Source: a virus (Duplodnaviria; Caudoviricetes). From it: DNA of 42,560 nucleotides. The DNA is taken from positions 1 through 42,560 of IMG/VR virus record IMGVR_UViG_3300030330_000262, one strand, 5' to 3'. Below, one piece after another: positions 9,883 to 19,222 of this stretch. The position numbers and the translations under genes are program-made. Numbering within the stretch: the stretch's first letter is position 1; each line of letters opens with the position of its first letter. The notes under the pieces are model-generated. The model saw only the letters and a list, made by a program, of their open reading frames with translations, had not been told where the DNA came from and searched no databases.

Positions 9883-10164
9883 ATGGCTGGTCCAGTAAAA
9901 GCCTTTAATCATGCACAAGGAGCATCTGCCGCAGTTGTTGGCCCTGCAAGGTCGAGAATACGTCAGATTGTGATATTTGCTGATGCAGCAGGCGCTTTCA
10001 CAATAAAGAATGGAAGTGCTAGTGGAGAGGTTTTAATTACGCAAACTTTTCCTACAGGACTTCATCATCTAAATATCCCTGATGATGGTATTATAGCTAC
10101 TGACGGCGCATTTGTTGCAGCGTTTACAGGCTCTAGTAATCAGTTGACAATATTCTTGTCATAA
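9883..10164 (+). CDS. Hypothetical virion protein
   Basis: AGGAGG RBS; 93 aa. Confidence 0.75.
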   Translation: MAGPVKAFNHAQGASAAVVGPARSRIRQIVIFADAAGAFTIKNGSASGEVLITQTFPTGLHHLNIPDDGIIATDGAFVAAFTGSSNQLTIFLS

Positions 10165-10174
10165 GGAGTTGGCT

Positions 10175-10459
10175 ATGGCTCGTAAAAGAGACAAGCAGCC
10201 GCCTAAAACTAAAAAGTATTTCCGCTCCACTAAAAGTGGGGCGGGAATGACTAAAGCTGGTGTTGCGCGATATAGGCGTGAAAACCCTGGTTCTAAACTT
10301 AAAACCGCAGTAACTGGTAAGGTTAAAAAAGGATCTGCTGCTGCTAAAAGGCGTAAATCTTTTTGCGCTAGAAGCGCTGGTCAAATGAAAAAGTTTCCAA
10401 AAGCAGCAAAAAATCCTAATAGCCGTTTACGCCAAGCAAGGCGGAGGTGGAAGTGTTAA
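10175..10459 (+). CDS. Small Lys/Arg-rich protein (RRKSFCARS...NSRLRQARRRWKC family)
   Basis: AAGGAG RBS; recurrent phage motif. Confidence 0.8.
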   Translation: MARKRDKQPPKTKKYFRSTKSGAGMTKAGVARYRRENPGSKLKTAVTGKVKKGSAAAKRRKSFCARSAGQMKKFPKAAKNPNSRLRQARRRWKC

Positions 10460-10704
10460 ATTTCAATACTTTAATTAGTGGCGCTACCCTAGCTTTTATC
10501 GGCTGGATAGCTTTTTCTGTTGTTGAGTTAAAAACAGAAACTGCCGTGATATCTGTTAAGGTAGACCAAAATCATAAGCTTTTAGCAGAACTTTGGGATT
10601 TCTATTTACAGGAGAGGGTCAATGCCGATATCGCGTGGGCAACTCGCAAGCCAAATTTCAAAACCTCCACAAAAGAAAAAATGGAGCAAGAAGCGAAAAG
10701 CTAA
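10447..10704 (+). CDS. Hypothetical membrane protein
   Basis: GTG start, N-terminal TM segment. Confidence 0.55.
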   Translation: MEVLNFNTLISGATLAFIGWIAFSVVELKTETAVISVKVDQNHKLLAELWDFYLQERVNADIAWATRKPNFKTSTKEKMEQEAKS

Positions 10705-10777
10705 AATAAACTGCAAACGTCCTAAAGGTTTTAGTCAAAAAGCATATTGTGCTGGCAAGAAAAAGAGAAAGAAATGA
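10622..10777 (+). CDS. 51-aa basic protein (not in the ORF track)
   Basis: MPISRGQLASQISKPPQKKKWSKKRKAKINCKRPKGFSQKAYCAGKKKRKK; GGAG RBS; ATGA-coupled to the next ORF. Confidence 0.7.
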   Translation: MPISRGQLASQISKPPQKKKWSKKRKAKINCKRPKGFSQKAYCAGKKKRKK

Positions 10778-10899
10778 ATAAAAACAAAAAAGCAAAAGTT
10801 AAAAAAGTTATTAAAGGTTTGAAAAAAGCATCTAAACTACATGCTAAACAAGCAAAAAGTTTAAAAGGTGTGTTAAATGGCAAAAAGAAAAGATCCTAA
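10774..10899 (+). CDS. 41-aa Lys-rich protein (not in the ORF track)
   Basis: MNKNKKAKVKKVIKGLKKASKLHAKQAKSLKGVLNGKKKRS; coupled start. Confidence 0.65.
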   Translation: MNKNKKAKVKKVIKGLKKASKLHAKQAKSLKGVLNGKKKRS

Positions 10900-11173
10900 A
10901 GTAGGTACAGGTAAAAAACCAAAAGGAAGCGGGAGAAGACTTTATACCGATGAAAACCCAAAAGACACTGTATCTATAAAGTTTGCCACTCCTACTGATG
11001 CAAGGGCCACAGTTTCTAAGGTTAAAAAGATAAACAAACCATTTGCTAGAAAGATACAAATACTTACAGTTGGTGAGCAAAGGGCCAAAGTTATGGGCAA
11101 AACGCAAGTGGCAAGTATATTTAAAAAAGGCAAAGAAAGTTTAAGAAAGGCTAGAAAAAATGCAAAAACGTAG
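10877..11173 (+). CDS. Small basic protein (GRRLYTDENPKDTV family)
   Basis: AAGGTG RBS; Lys-rich. Confidence 0.75.
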   Translation: MAKRKDPKVGTGKKPKGSGRRLYTDENPKDTVSIKFATPTDARATVSKVKKINKPFARKIQILTVGEQRAKVMGKTQVASIFKKGKESLRKARKNAKT

Positions 11174-11384
11174 CGGAACACCAAAAGGCCTTACTTATTT
11201 TAGGAAAGGTGGTGCGGCTTCTAAAAAGTCAAAAGGTAGTAAAATATGTCCAGAGGGTAAAGCCTGGGCAAAACGTACTTTTGATACATACCCAAGCGCA
11301 TATGCAAACCTTGCTGCATCAAAGTATTGTAAAGACCCTAATTACGCTAAAAAGTCTAAGGGCGGCAAAAGAAAGGGTAAGTAA
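11160..11384 (+). CDS. Small basic protein (YPSAYAN family)
   Basis: Lys-rich; recurrent WAKRTFDTYPSAYAN motif. Confidence 0.75.
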   Translation: MQKRSGTPKGLTYFRKGGAASKKSKGSKICPEGKAWAKRTFDTYPSAYANLAASKYCKDPNYAKKSKGGKRKGK

Positions 11385-11752
11385 TGGGGGAGCTTAAAAA
11401 ATGGCTAAAACAAGATTGGGTTAGGATTGGCACTGATGGAAGTATCAAAGGTAAATGTGGTACATCTAAAGACAAGAAAAACCCAGACCGCTGCCTACCA
11501 GCTTCAAAGGCTAGAAGCCTCTCAAAGGCTGAAAGAGCGTCTACAGCAAGAAAGAAAAAGAGAGCGGGAGCAAAAGGCAAGACAGTGGTATCTAATACAA
11601 AACAAGCCAAAGTCAGAAACCTCGCAAAGGGAGGTCCAGCTAAACGCCCTTTCAAGGGCAAAAAGGTGGCTGGCACGGCTGTTGCTAGGGGATGCGGTGT
11701 GATAATGTCTAACCGTAGAAAACGCACAAAAGGTGCGGTAACTCAGTCATAA
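11384..11752 (+). CDS. Basic protein (LKKWLKQDWV...CLP family)
   Basis: Coupled start; Lys/Arg-rich; C-terminal ARGCG. Confidence 0.75.
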   Translation: MGELKKWLKQDWVRIGTDGSIKGKCGTSKDKKNPDRCLPASKARSLSKAERASTARKKKRAGAKGKTVVSNTKQAKVRNLAKGGPAKRPFKGKKVAGTAVARGCGVIMSNRRKRTKGAVTQS

Positions 11753-11762
11753 GGAGACTTAA

Positions 11763-12032
11763 ATGGCTATGAAGAAAAAAGGCTACCGTGCTGGTGGCAA
11801 AGTTAAAAAAATGGCTAAAGGTGGCGCTGCTGGCGGCAAGAAAATGAGAAGAATGGCTAAAGGTGGTGCTGCTGGTGGCAAAAAGATAAGAAGAATGTCC
11901 AAGGGTGGCGCTATGGGCGGCAAAAAAGTCAGAAGAATGTCTAAAGGTGGAACCGCTGGCGGCAAGAAAATGACTGTTGCACAACTTCGTTCTGCTGCTA
12001 AAAAGCTAGGATACAAAGTATCTAAAGCATAA
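11763..12032 (+). CDS. Basic repeat protein
   Basis: AAGGAG RBS; four copies of a 14-aa M(A/S)KGGxxGGKKxRR repeat. Confidence 0.75.
   Translation: MAMKKKGYRAGGKVKKMAKGGAAGGKKMRRMAKGGAAGGKKIRRMSKGGAMGGKKVRRMSKGGTAGGKKMTVAQLRSAAKKLGYKVSKA
11811..11972 (+). repeat. Coding tandem repeat, 42 nt x about 4
   Basis: Unit starts at 11811, 11853, 11895 and 11937. Confidence 0.85.
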
Positions 12033-12709
12033 TGCCATATTTATATAGCAATGTTCCCTACTTTAAGGCATGGGTGCGGCGCGAGTATACTCATAACCAT
12101 GAGGACTATCATGGTGAGTTTTTGCACGCAATGGTCGTTGGCGTAACGTCCATGCCTAACAGATGTCTAAGTTTCCAAGTTATGTTTACTGGAAGTGAAG
12201 CAGAAGGTGAGGAAGAAGATACGGTACATGGAGGTGCAATGTGGGCTAGAATGCCCATAACCGCTCTAGTTGCTGATATACCTTTAGAGGAATGGCCTGA
12301 ACCAATGAACACATATGATGCTCAACCTTGGGATTGTTCATCACATAATCACGCTGTTTATGTGATAGACCGAGCTACGCCCTGCCCTTGGTTGGCTAAA
12401 ATAGATAGTGAGTTTTTTCCTGCAAAGTATCTTTTTACAGTAGATTACTCCGAGTCTGAGATAGCAGATGATCCAGCACAGCATAAACAAAGTCATGTTT
12501 TGCAACTGCTTGATGCTGGTGAATGGACAGGAAACATTGTTGCCCTGCCTAATAATCGTGTAAGGGTTACACACCCTGCTTGGTTTGAAACAGGCGAAGG
12601 TGCGCCACATTTCAAGCCCTCTCAGCATATACACTATTCAAAAAGTGATTTAGACTATACACTAGATGTAAATAGGATATTTGATAACCTTTACAATGAG
12701 GAAGAGTGA
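12032..12709 (+). CDS. Conserved hypothetical phage protein
   Basis: 225 aa; GGAMWARMPI, QPWDC, QHKQSHV and ALPNNR motifs; coupled at both ends. Confidence 0.8.
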   Translation: MPYLYSNVPYFKAWVRREYTHNHEDYHGEFLHAMVVGVTSMPNRCLSFQVMFTGSEAEGEEEDTVHGGAMWARMPITALVADIPLEEWPEPMNTYDAQPWDCSSHNHAVYVIDRATPCPWLAKIDSEFFPAKYLFTVDYSESEIADDPAQHKQSHVLQLLDAGEWTGNIVALPNNRVRVTHPAWFETGEGAPHFKPSQHIHYSKSDLDYTLDVNRIFDNLYNEEE

Positions 12710-13377
12710 TGGCTGTTTCTGGCTCAACCGATTTTGAATTAGATGTATCTGATTACATTGAAGAGGCCTTCGAGCGTTGTGGTTTAGAGGTTAAAACAGG
12801 TTATGACCTAAAAACAGCCAAGCGCTCGATGAACCTCATGTTTGCGGAGTGGGCAAACAGGGGTCTTAACCAATGGACTATAGTTCAAAGAACAATATCA
12901 CTTACAGCAGGAACTAATAGTTATACGCTTGGATCTGATGTTATTGATGTTTTGTCTGCTGTTGTTCGCAGGAGTAATACAGACATTAGTATGTCTAAAA
13001 TTAGTCGTGATGAATATTTGAACATTCCAGAAAAAACTACTCAAGGCAGGCCAACACAGTTCTTTATTGACAGGCAGGTAACGCCTGCAATCAAAATATG
13101 GCCCGCTCCTGAAAATGCTACTGATGTTATCTACTATGATACTTTAACTAGAATTGATGATGCAGATACTTTCACCAATACCGTTGATGTGCCGTTTAGA
13201 TTTTATCCGTGTTTAGCTGCTGGTTTGGCATACTATTTATCAATAAAACGTGCGCCAGATCGTATTCAAATGTTAAAAGCTGTTTATGAAGAAGAATTTG
13301 ATAGAGCTTTAACAGAAGATAGAGATAGGGCTTCTTTTAACGTAGCTCCTAGTTTAAGTTTTTACAGGGTGTCGTAA
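12709..13377 (+). CDS. Putative head-tail adaptor / tail tubular protein
   Basis: IEEAFERCG...WANRGLN...GRPTQFF..R...IWPAP motifs; position in the tail module. Confidence 0.65.
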   Translation: MAVSGSTDFELDVSDYIEEAFERCGLEVKTGYDLKTAKRSMNLMFAEWANRGLNQWTIVQRTISLTAGTNSYTLGSDVIDVLSAVVRRSNTDISMSKISRDEYLNIPEKTTQGRPTQFFIDRQVTPAIKIWPAPENATDVIYYDTLTRIDDADTFTNTVDVPFRFYPCLAAGLAYYLSIKRAPDRIQMLKAVYEEEFDRALTEDRDRASFNVAPSLSFYRVS

Positions 13378-13832
13378 TGCCTAAATATGCGGCTGGAAAA
13401 TACGCATATGGAATATCAGACCGTTCTGGTTTTCGTTATCGTTTGAAAGATATGCGAAAAGAGTGGAATGGATTTCTTGTGGGCAAAGATGAGTATGAAG
13501 AAAAGCATCCGCAATTAGAGCCTCGTAGACACCCAACAGATGCAGAGGCTTTGAGAGATCCAAGACCAGATACAAATAACATCATTCCAATAACAGCAAA
13601 TATACCTTCTTTTAATTTAGAAACATTACAATTTATTCCTGTGCCTCTTTTGTTAGGAAAAGTTGGAACAGTAACTTTTAGTGATGATGTTGTTACGCCA
13701 GTACAGTTAACAGGCGTTTCTTCTGTTAGCGCACTTGGATCTGTAACAGTATCAGTGCCAACATCAGCATCGACCTTTGATTCAACAAGTGTTACACTCG
13801 ATTCTACAAACAAAACTTTTGACGAGGGTTAA
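13377..13832 (+). CDS. Hypothetical virion protein
   Basis: ISDRSGFRY...KHPQL...RP; C-terminal TGVS beta repeat and FDST motif. Confidence 0.7.
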   Translation: MPKYAAGKYAYGISDRSGFRYRLKDMRKEWNGFLVGKDEYEEKHPQLEPRRHPTDAEALRDPRPDTNNIIPITANIPSFNLETLQFIPVPLLLGKVGTVTFSDDVVTPVQLTGVSSVSALGSVTVSVPTSASTFDSTSVTLDSTNKTFDEG

Positions 13833-14486
13833 ATGGCAAAGCAAACAGTAGGGATTGGGTCAAGCGCAAACGATGGCAGTGGCGATACTCTTCGTGCTGG
13901 TGCGGATAAAATTAACGACAATTTCAATGAAATCTATGCAGCGTTAGGGAATAGCTCTAGCGTTCTAACTGATATCATAGATGCAAACGGTCTTTTTGAC
14001 GTTAGTTCTGGCGCAAACAAAATTGTTTTCTATTATGCTGCTTTAAGTGATTTGCCCAGTGCATCAACTTATCATGGGGCTGTGGCTCATGTTCATGCTA
14101 CGGGCGGCTTGTATTTTGCTCATGGCGGTAACTGGATACGGTTAAACGATGAAACCACTGGTCCTGTAACAAAATACACAACAACATCAGCAAATGGATC
14201 TGCTTATCAATTTTCTGGTCCAGGTGCTACCGCTGGTAACAATCCTAATTTTACCTTTTACAAAGGTCACACATATTTAATCGACAACACCTCCTATGTT
14301 AGCAGTCATCCTTTGCAGATACGAACAGCCTCTGGTGGGTCTGCTTTTACAACAGGGGTTACAGATAATTACAACAGCACTACTGGGCTAACTCAGTTTA
14401 TTGTGCCGCATGAGCCAAGTGACACTTCTTTAGTATATCAATGCACTGTTCATAGCAGTATGGTTGGAAACATAACAATAGTGTAA
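13833..14486 (+). CDS. Tail/baseplate-like fibre protein with C-terminal cupredoxin-like domain
   Basis: N-terminal ANDGSGDTLRAGADKINDNF (T4 gp9/gp10-type anchor); C-terminal HPLQI...YQCTVHSSMVG. Confidence 0.7.
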   Translation: MAKQTVGIGSSANDGSGDTLRAGADKINDNFNEIYAALGNSSSVLTDIIDANGLFDVSSGANKIVFYYAALSDLPSASTYHGAVAHVHATGGLYFAHGGNWIRLNDETTGPVTKYTTTSANGSAYQFSGPGATAGNNPNFTFYKGHTYLIDNTSYVSSHPLQIRTASGGSAFTTGVTDNYNSTTGLTQFIVPHEPSDTSLVYQCTVHSSMVGNITIV

Positions 14487-14489
14487 AAA

Positions 14490-15134
14490 ATGACATATAC
14501 GAACACAACATTAAAACAAGCTATTCAAGACTTTACAGAAAATGACGAAACCACATTCGTAAGTAATTTGAATAACTTTATCATTAATGCGGAAGAACGA
14601 ATCCTTAAGCTTGTTGACCTTGATTACTTTAGAAAGAATGTGACTGCTTCAACAACTTCAGGGAACAAATTTCTAGCATTGCCTGACGATTATCTAGCCA
14701 CATTCTCACTTTCAATCGTTAACAGCGGATCAAATGAGTTTTTACTTCAGAAAGACGTAAACTTCTTGCAGGAATATTCTCCAGACCCAACGGTTACTGG
14801 CGTTCCTAAGTATTACGGTATTTTTGACGTTGATAATCTAATTTTAGCCCCAACGCCTAATCAAGCATATTCTGCTGAACTACATTACTATTATAGGCCG
14901 CAGTCAATCACCGCAACGGCTTCAGGAACATCTTGGTTTGGTGACAACGCTCCAGACACATTGTTGTATGGTTCATTGGTTGAGGCTTACACATTTATGA
15001 AAAGTGAACCGACTTTTATTCAACTATACGAGCAACGGTTTGTAGAAGCCGTTACAAGGTTGAAAGTTTATGCAGAGGGTGTAGAAAACACTGACGCATA
15101 TAGAACGGGATTAACAAGAGTAAGAAAGCAGTAG
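14490..15134 (+). CDS. Putative head-tail adaptor protein
   Basis: FIINAEERI...PKYYG...LAPTP...LLYGSLVEAY motifs. Confidence 0.65.
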   Translation: MTYTNTTLKQAIQDFTENDETTFVSNLNNFIINAEERILKLVDLDYFRKNVTASTTSGNKFLALPDDYLATFSLSIVNSGSNEFLLQKDVNFLQEYSPDPTVTGVPKYYGIFDVDNLILAPTPNQAYSAELHYYYRPQSITATASGTSWFGDNAPDTLLYGSLVEAYTFMKSEPTFIQLYEQRFVEAVTRLKVYAEGVENTDAYRTGLTRVRKQ

Positions 15135-15145
15135 TGGAGGCTTGA

Positions 15146-15436
15146 ATGCTGTCTTTTACAGGCGGTCTAGAAATGGGTTCCGTCAATGTTATGACATCTA
15201 ATAATGGTGGTCATAGCACGGAACAAATTGTAGAACTTGCGATGGACAAAATAATGAAGGTGTCTGATACAGCACCACCAGCCATCCGAGATCAAGCGCA
15301 GACTTTTCAAAATCATCTGCGTGTAGTATTGTATCATTACTTTGAATTGGCAAGGCGCGAAGAACGCTCCAGTATTGCCAATAAAATGCAATCTGCTGGC
15401 AACAGCGAAATGGCTGAACTCGTTAGGAGAATATAA
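15146..15436 (+). CDS. Hypothetical protein
   Basis: GGAGG RBS; 96 aa. Confidence 0.7.
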   Translation: MLSFTGGLEMGSVNVMTSNNGGHSTEQIVELAMDKIMKVSDTAPPAIRDQAQTFQNHLRVVLYHYFELARREERSSIANKMQSAGNSEMAELVRRI

Positions 15437-15868
15437 ATGGCTATTACACAAGCAATGTGTACTTCTTTCAAAAAAGAACTTTTGGAAGCAAAGCACAACT
15501 TTTTAAACTCTGGTGGAAGCGATTTTAAGCTGGCTTTGTACACAAGTTCAGCCTCTCTTGATGCTTCAACTACTGCTTATACTTCGTCAAACGAAGTTAG
15601 TGGCACAGGTTACTCAGCAAAAGGCTCGTCCCTTACAAGAGTTAATCCAACTTCATCTGGTACAACTGCCTTTACTGATTTTGCAGACTTGAGCTTTACA
15701 TCAGCTACAATTACCGCTCGTGGTGCGTTAATCTACAACGAAGACACTTCAGGTGATACGTCTGTGTGTGTACTTGATTTTGGTTCTGATAAGACATCAA
15801 CTGCTGGCACGTTCACAATTCAATTCCCAACTGCGGACTCTAGCAACGCTATTATTCGCATTGCCTAA
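15437..15868 (+). CDS. Putative tail structural protein
   Basis: MAITQAMCTSFKxELL...TARGALIYN...VLDFGSDK family; AGGAG RBS. Confidence 0.75.
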   Translation: MAITQAMCTSFKKELLEAKHNFLNSGGSDFKLALYTSSASLDASTTAYTSSNEVSGTGYSAKGSSLTRVNPTSSGTTAFTDFADLSFTSATITARGALIYNEDTSGDTSVCVLDFGSDKTSTAGTFTIQFPTADSSNAIIRIA

Positions 15869-15878
15869 CGAGTAAGCT

Positions 15879-16445
15879 ATGTCGCTATCGGGTTGGGGCA
15901 GAGGCACTTGGGGCGAAGGTGCTTGGAACGAAGCTCTGCCCGTTGTGGTGACAGGGGTATCTGGAACTGGTGCGATAGGCATACTTGAGTTTTCAGGTGA
16001 TGTTGCCCCCGCTGTTGTCAACACAAACATTCTTGGCACTGGGCAGATTGGCAACGCTCTTGCCGCAGCCGGAGCGATTGTTACTGAAGAAGGCTTAGTA
16101 GGATCTATCGGTTTTGGCGATGAACAAGTGTCCGCTGGGGCTAATGTCTCTCCAACAGGGGTTGCGTCTGGTTTAGGAGCTATTGGCACCGTTTCTTTCA
16201 GTCTTGATTGTGTTTTTGCCGCCTCTGGGGTATCATGCTCTGGAGCGACAGGTACTGTCGAGGTGGACGACTTAGCGTTTGGGGTAACAGGATTGCAAGC
16301 CACTGCAAATGTTGGTATTGTCAATGTGTGGGGACGGGTGGTTCCTGATCAGAACGCAAACCCACAAGAGATTGTGCCATCTACGACTAACACTTGGAGC
16401 GATATAACGCCTAACAGCAATCCAAACTGGAAAGAGGTGGCATAA
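15879..16445 (+). CDS. Virion structural protein with GWGxGTWG and TG(V/L)xATG repeats
   Basis: Gly/Thr/Val-rich repeats. Confidence 0.7.
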   Translation: MSLSGWGRGTWGEGAWNEALPVVVTGVSGTGAIGILEFSGDVAPAVVNTNILGTGQIGNALAAAGAIVTEEGLVGSIGFGDEQVSAGANVSPTGVASGLGAIGTVSFSLDCVFAASGVSCSGATGTVEVDDLAFGVTGLQATANVGIVNVWGRVVPDQNANPQEIVPSTTNTWSDITPNSNPNWKEVA

Positions 16446-16936
16446 TGCCAAGTCAATACACAAGTAACACAGGTATAGAAAAGCCAGCTACTGGCGAACA
16501 GTCAGGCACCTGGGGTGATACCACTAACGATAACTTTGATATTATTGATACTGCGCTAAACGGGAATGTTACGCTTTCATTGTCTGGAACTAGTTCTACC
16601 TTAACTACATCAGATGGCGACAAGACATCAAACGGGCTTAACAAAGTGATTATTTGTTCAGGTTCACCATCTGGCACTCACACTATCACCGTATCTCCAA
16701 ACGGTGCAGAAAAAATTTATTTTGTGACGAATAGTTCAGGACAGTCTGTAATCTTCTCACAAGGTACAGGCGCAAATGTTACGATTGCAAACGGCGAGTC
16801 TCGAATTATCCACTGTGATGGGGCTGGTTCAGGTGCAGCAGTGACTGATTTTTCCTCTACTATGGCGGCAAGTACAACTTTTATTTCCAACACCGCTGAC
16901 GGCAACGCCACCGCGTTAGCGATTGCATTAGGATAG
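16445..16936 (+). CDS. Tail fibre-related protein
   Basis: GEQSGTWGDTTN N-terminal motif; C-terminal ALAIALG. Confidence 0.7.
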   Translation: MPSQYTSNTGIEKPATGEQSGTWGDTTNDNFDIIDTALNGNVTLSLSGTSSTLTTSDGDKTSNGLNKVIICSGSPSGTHTITVSPNGAEKIYFVTNSSGQSVIFSQGTGANVTIANGESRIIHCDGAGSGAAVTDFSSTMAASTTFISNTADGNATALAIALG

Positions 16937-16940
16937 TATC

Positions 16941-17288
16941 ATGGCAAACACTTTTAAAGTCGTAACTAAAGCTGGCGTGACAAGTGAAGATACCATCTAC
17001 ACTGTTGCATCAAGCACAACCACGGTTATCTTGGGACTGGTTCTAGGCAACACAACAAGCAGTCAGACCACTGCTACTGTTACCTTGTCCTCAGACACCG
17101 CCAATCGCGCAGGAGCAAACAACGAAAACAACCAAGATGTAGAGTTAATAACAAATGCGCCGATTCCATCCGGCTCTTCTCTTGAATTACTATCAGGAAA
17201 TAAGGTTGTGTTGGAAACAACAGATGTAATAAAGGTAACGGGAAGCGCAGCTACAGATGTCTGCTTGTCTATTATGGAGATTACCTGA
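16941..17288 (+). CDS. Hypothetical tail protein
   Basis: MANTFK...KVVLETTD...SIMEIT family. Confidence 0.7.
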   Translation: MANTFKVVTKAGVTSEDTIYTVASSTTTVILGLVLGNTTSSQTTATVTLSSDTANRAGANNENNQDVELITNAPIPSGSSLELLSGNKVVLETTDVIKVTGSAATDVCLSIMEIT

Positions 17289-18094
17289 TGGCGTATGTGG
17301 GTAACAACCCTGCGGAAATATACAGTTCTGTTCAGAAGCAGGATTTGACGGGGGGTAGCGGCACTAGTTTTACGTTAAGCTACCCTGCGTCTACAAATGA
17401 TGTTTCTGTTTTTGTTAATAATGTTCGGCAAGAACCTGGTGTAGCTTACACTGTATCAGGTACGTCCATGACCATGACAGGTACAGTGGCTTCGACAGAT
17501 GACTTTTACGTTGTTTTCTCTGGCCTGACGCAAGGCACGATTACGCCGCCTGATGCGAGTGTGACCACAGCAAAAATTGCTAACAATGCTGTAACTTCTG
17601 CAAAACTGGCAAGCGGTGTAGCTCAAGCTCCAATTTCCGTGGCAATTATAGCTGACAAAAAAGCGTATAATACGAATGGTGGAAGCTCTTCGGCAGCCAC
17701 AATAAATGATAGAGATTTAAACACAAAACTACATGACCCAGACAACATTGTAACAATATCATCTAATCAATTTATTTTAGGTGCTGGAACTTACAGTATT
17801 ATTTATAGTTGTCCAGCATATAAAGTTAATAGAAATCAAGCACAGCTTTATGATGTTACAAACTCTACTGTAGTTTCGCATGGCGCAAGTGTTTATGCGG
17901 TAGACACTTATAACGGTCATTCTGTTTCAACAGGCTATGCTGTAGTGACCCCAACATCAAACACAACTTATAAAGTAAGACATTTTACTGAAGATGCTTT
18001 TGCTACTTATGGATTTGGGGTAGCAACCAATAGTCAAGTTTCTGGACTAGATGGCTCTTTTTATACTCAAGTTCAGATAACTAAGCTGGCATAG
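17288..18094 (+). CDS. Tail fibre protein
   Basis: MAYVGNNP start, VNNVRQEP, SVTTAKIANNAVTSAKLA repeat. Confidence 0.7.
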   Translation: MAYVGNNPAEIYSSVQKQDLTGGSGTSFTLSYPASTNDVSVFVNNVRQEPGVAYTVSGTSMTMTGTVASTDDFYVVFSGLTQGTITPPDASVTTAKIANNAVTSAKLASGVAQAPISVAIIADKKAYNTNGGSSSAATINDRDLNTKLHDPDNIVTISSNQFILGAGTYSIIYSCPAYKVNRNQAQLYDVTNSTVVSHGASVYAVDTYNGHSVSTGYAVVTPTSNTTYKVRHFTEDAFATYGFGVATNSQVSGLDGSFYTQVQITKLA

Positions 18095-18103
18095 GAGCAA
18101 GCA

Positions 18104-18676
18104 ATGGCATTATCCAAAATTGACCCTGTTTCTTCTATAGATTTAGCAGATACTGAATACTTTCACGTTGATTTAACAACAGAACAGGGCAGTCTTACTG
18201 ACAATACAACTGTTGTTGTTGATTTTGGCGCAAAAGGCACTGTGAAATATGACACTAAATCAAATGTAGACACTTCAAATGATGCGTATTTATTGGGTAG
18301 CAGCGATGGTGTTTACTTGATCAGTTTTAGTGTCGGAATAAGGTCTTCTACTCTTTCTACTGAAGAACTAATTGATGTTGCTGCGTTTGTAGAAATAGCA
18401 ACAGATGGTTCAACTTTTGCAGCTTTAAATGGTTCAGGTGCAAGCGTTATTGACAGTTCTTCTGATAAAATGGGTAGTATACAACTTAGTGGAACATCTA
18501 TTTATAAATCTACTACAGCAACCACAAAAATTCGTTTAAGTGCGTATGCAAATCCAGTTGGTTCAGGTACTAATACATGGACAGTAGGAGCAGACGTAAA
18601 TGATATAATTCAAGGAAGCCCATCTGCTGCTACAAATTCACGCTGCACCTTTTTGTCTATAGTGAGGATTGCATAA
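18104..18676 (+). CDS. Putative tail fibre tip (C1q-like) protein
   Basis: AGGAG RBS; beta-rich, DGVYLISFSV. Confidence 0.6.
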   Translation: MALSKIDPVSSIDLADTEYFHVDLTTEQGSLTDNTTVVVDFGAKGTVKYDTKSNVDTSNDAYLLGSSDGVYLISFSVGIRSSTLSTEELIDVAAFVEIATDGSTFAALNGSGASVIDSSSDKMGSIQLSGTSIYKSTTATTKIRLSAYANPVGSGTNTWTVGADVNDIIQGSPSAATNSRCTFLSIVRIA

Positions 18677-19218
18677 TGAGTCAAGCAAGAGATTTAGTAG
18701 ATAGCTTGGTCGATACCACTAGATCAGGTAGAATTATTCAAGTGCAACGCACACAGTACACAAGCACAACTAGCACTGCTGTTGCGACTTACACTAACGT
18801 AGAGCTATCACATTTAGCTGTAAATATTACTCCTACAGCTACAAATAGTATTATTATGATTGAAGCTCAAATAGTTGGTGAATGGAATCCTATGTCAATT
18901 ACTTACAATTCTGGTTGGTTTTTTTACAGGGACAGCACAAAATTAGCAGCACCGCTTGACGGTAGTAGAAGTATTACGGTTCTTCCTACCACCCTGATTG
19001 GAATTACCGCTGAAGACCAAGCTAGTACACCTGAAGCAGCACTTTACAGTTATTTTGATACACCTAGCTCAACCTCTCAAATAGCCTACAAAGTGGGAGT
19101 GGTTCAGGGATCAGGCGGTGCAGCTACTTGGTACACTAACAGAACAGTTGCTGACACAAATTCTGGGGACTATGAACGAGGTATTTCATACATCAGTGTA
19201 ACAGAGATAGCGGGGTAA
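18676..19218 (+). CDS. Putative tail fibre protein
   Basis: GRIIQV...ITPTATNSII...DTPSSTSQIAYKV...ISVTEIAG family. Confidence 0.65.
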   Translation: MSQARDLVDSLVDTTRSGRIIQVQRTQYTSTTSTAVATYTNVELSHLAVNITPTATNSIIMIEAQIVGEWNPMSITYNSGWFFYRDSTKLAAPLDGSRSITVLPTTLIGITAEDQASTPEAALYSYFDTPSSTSQIAYKVGVVQGSGGAATWYTNRTVADTNSGDYERGISYISVTEIAG

Positions 19219-19222
19219 TCAG

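Noticed and set aside
11811-11972. 42-nt repeats as a CRISPR or ncRNA array
   Set aside because: They are in-frame coding repeats with synonymous variation and no spacers.
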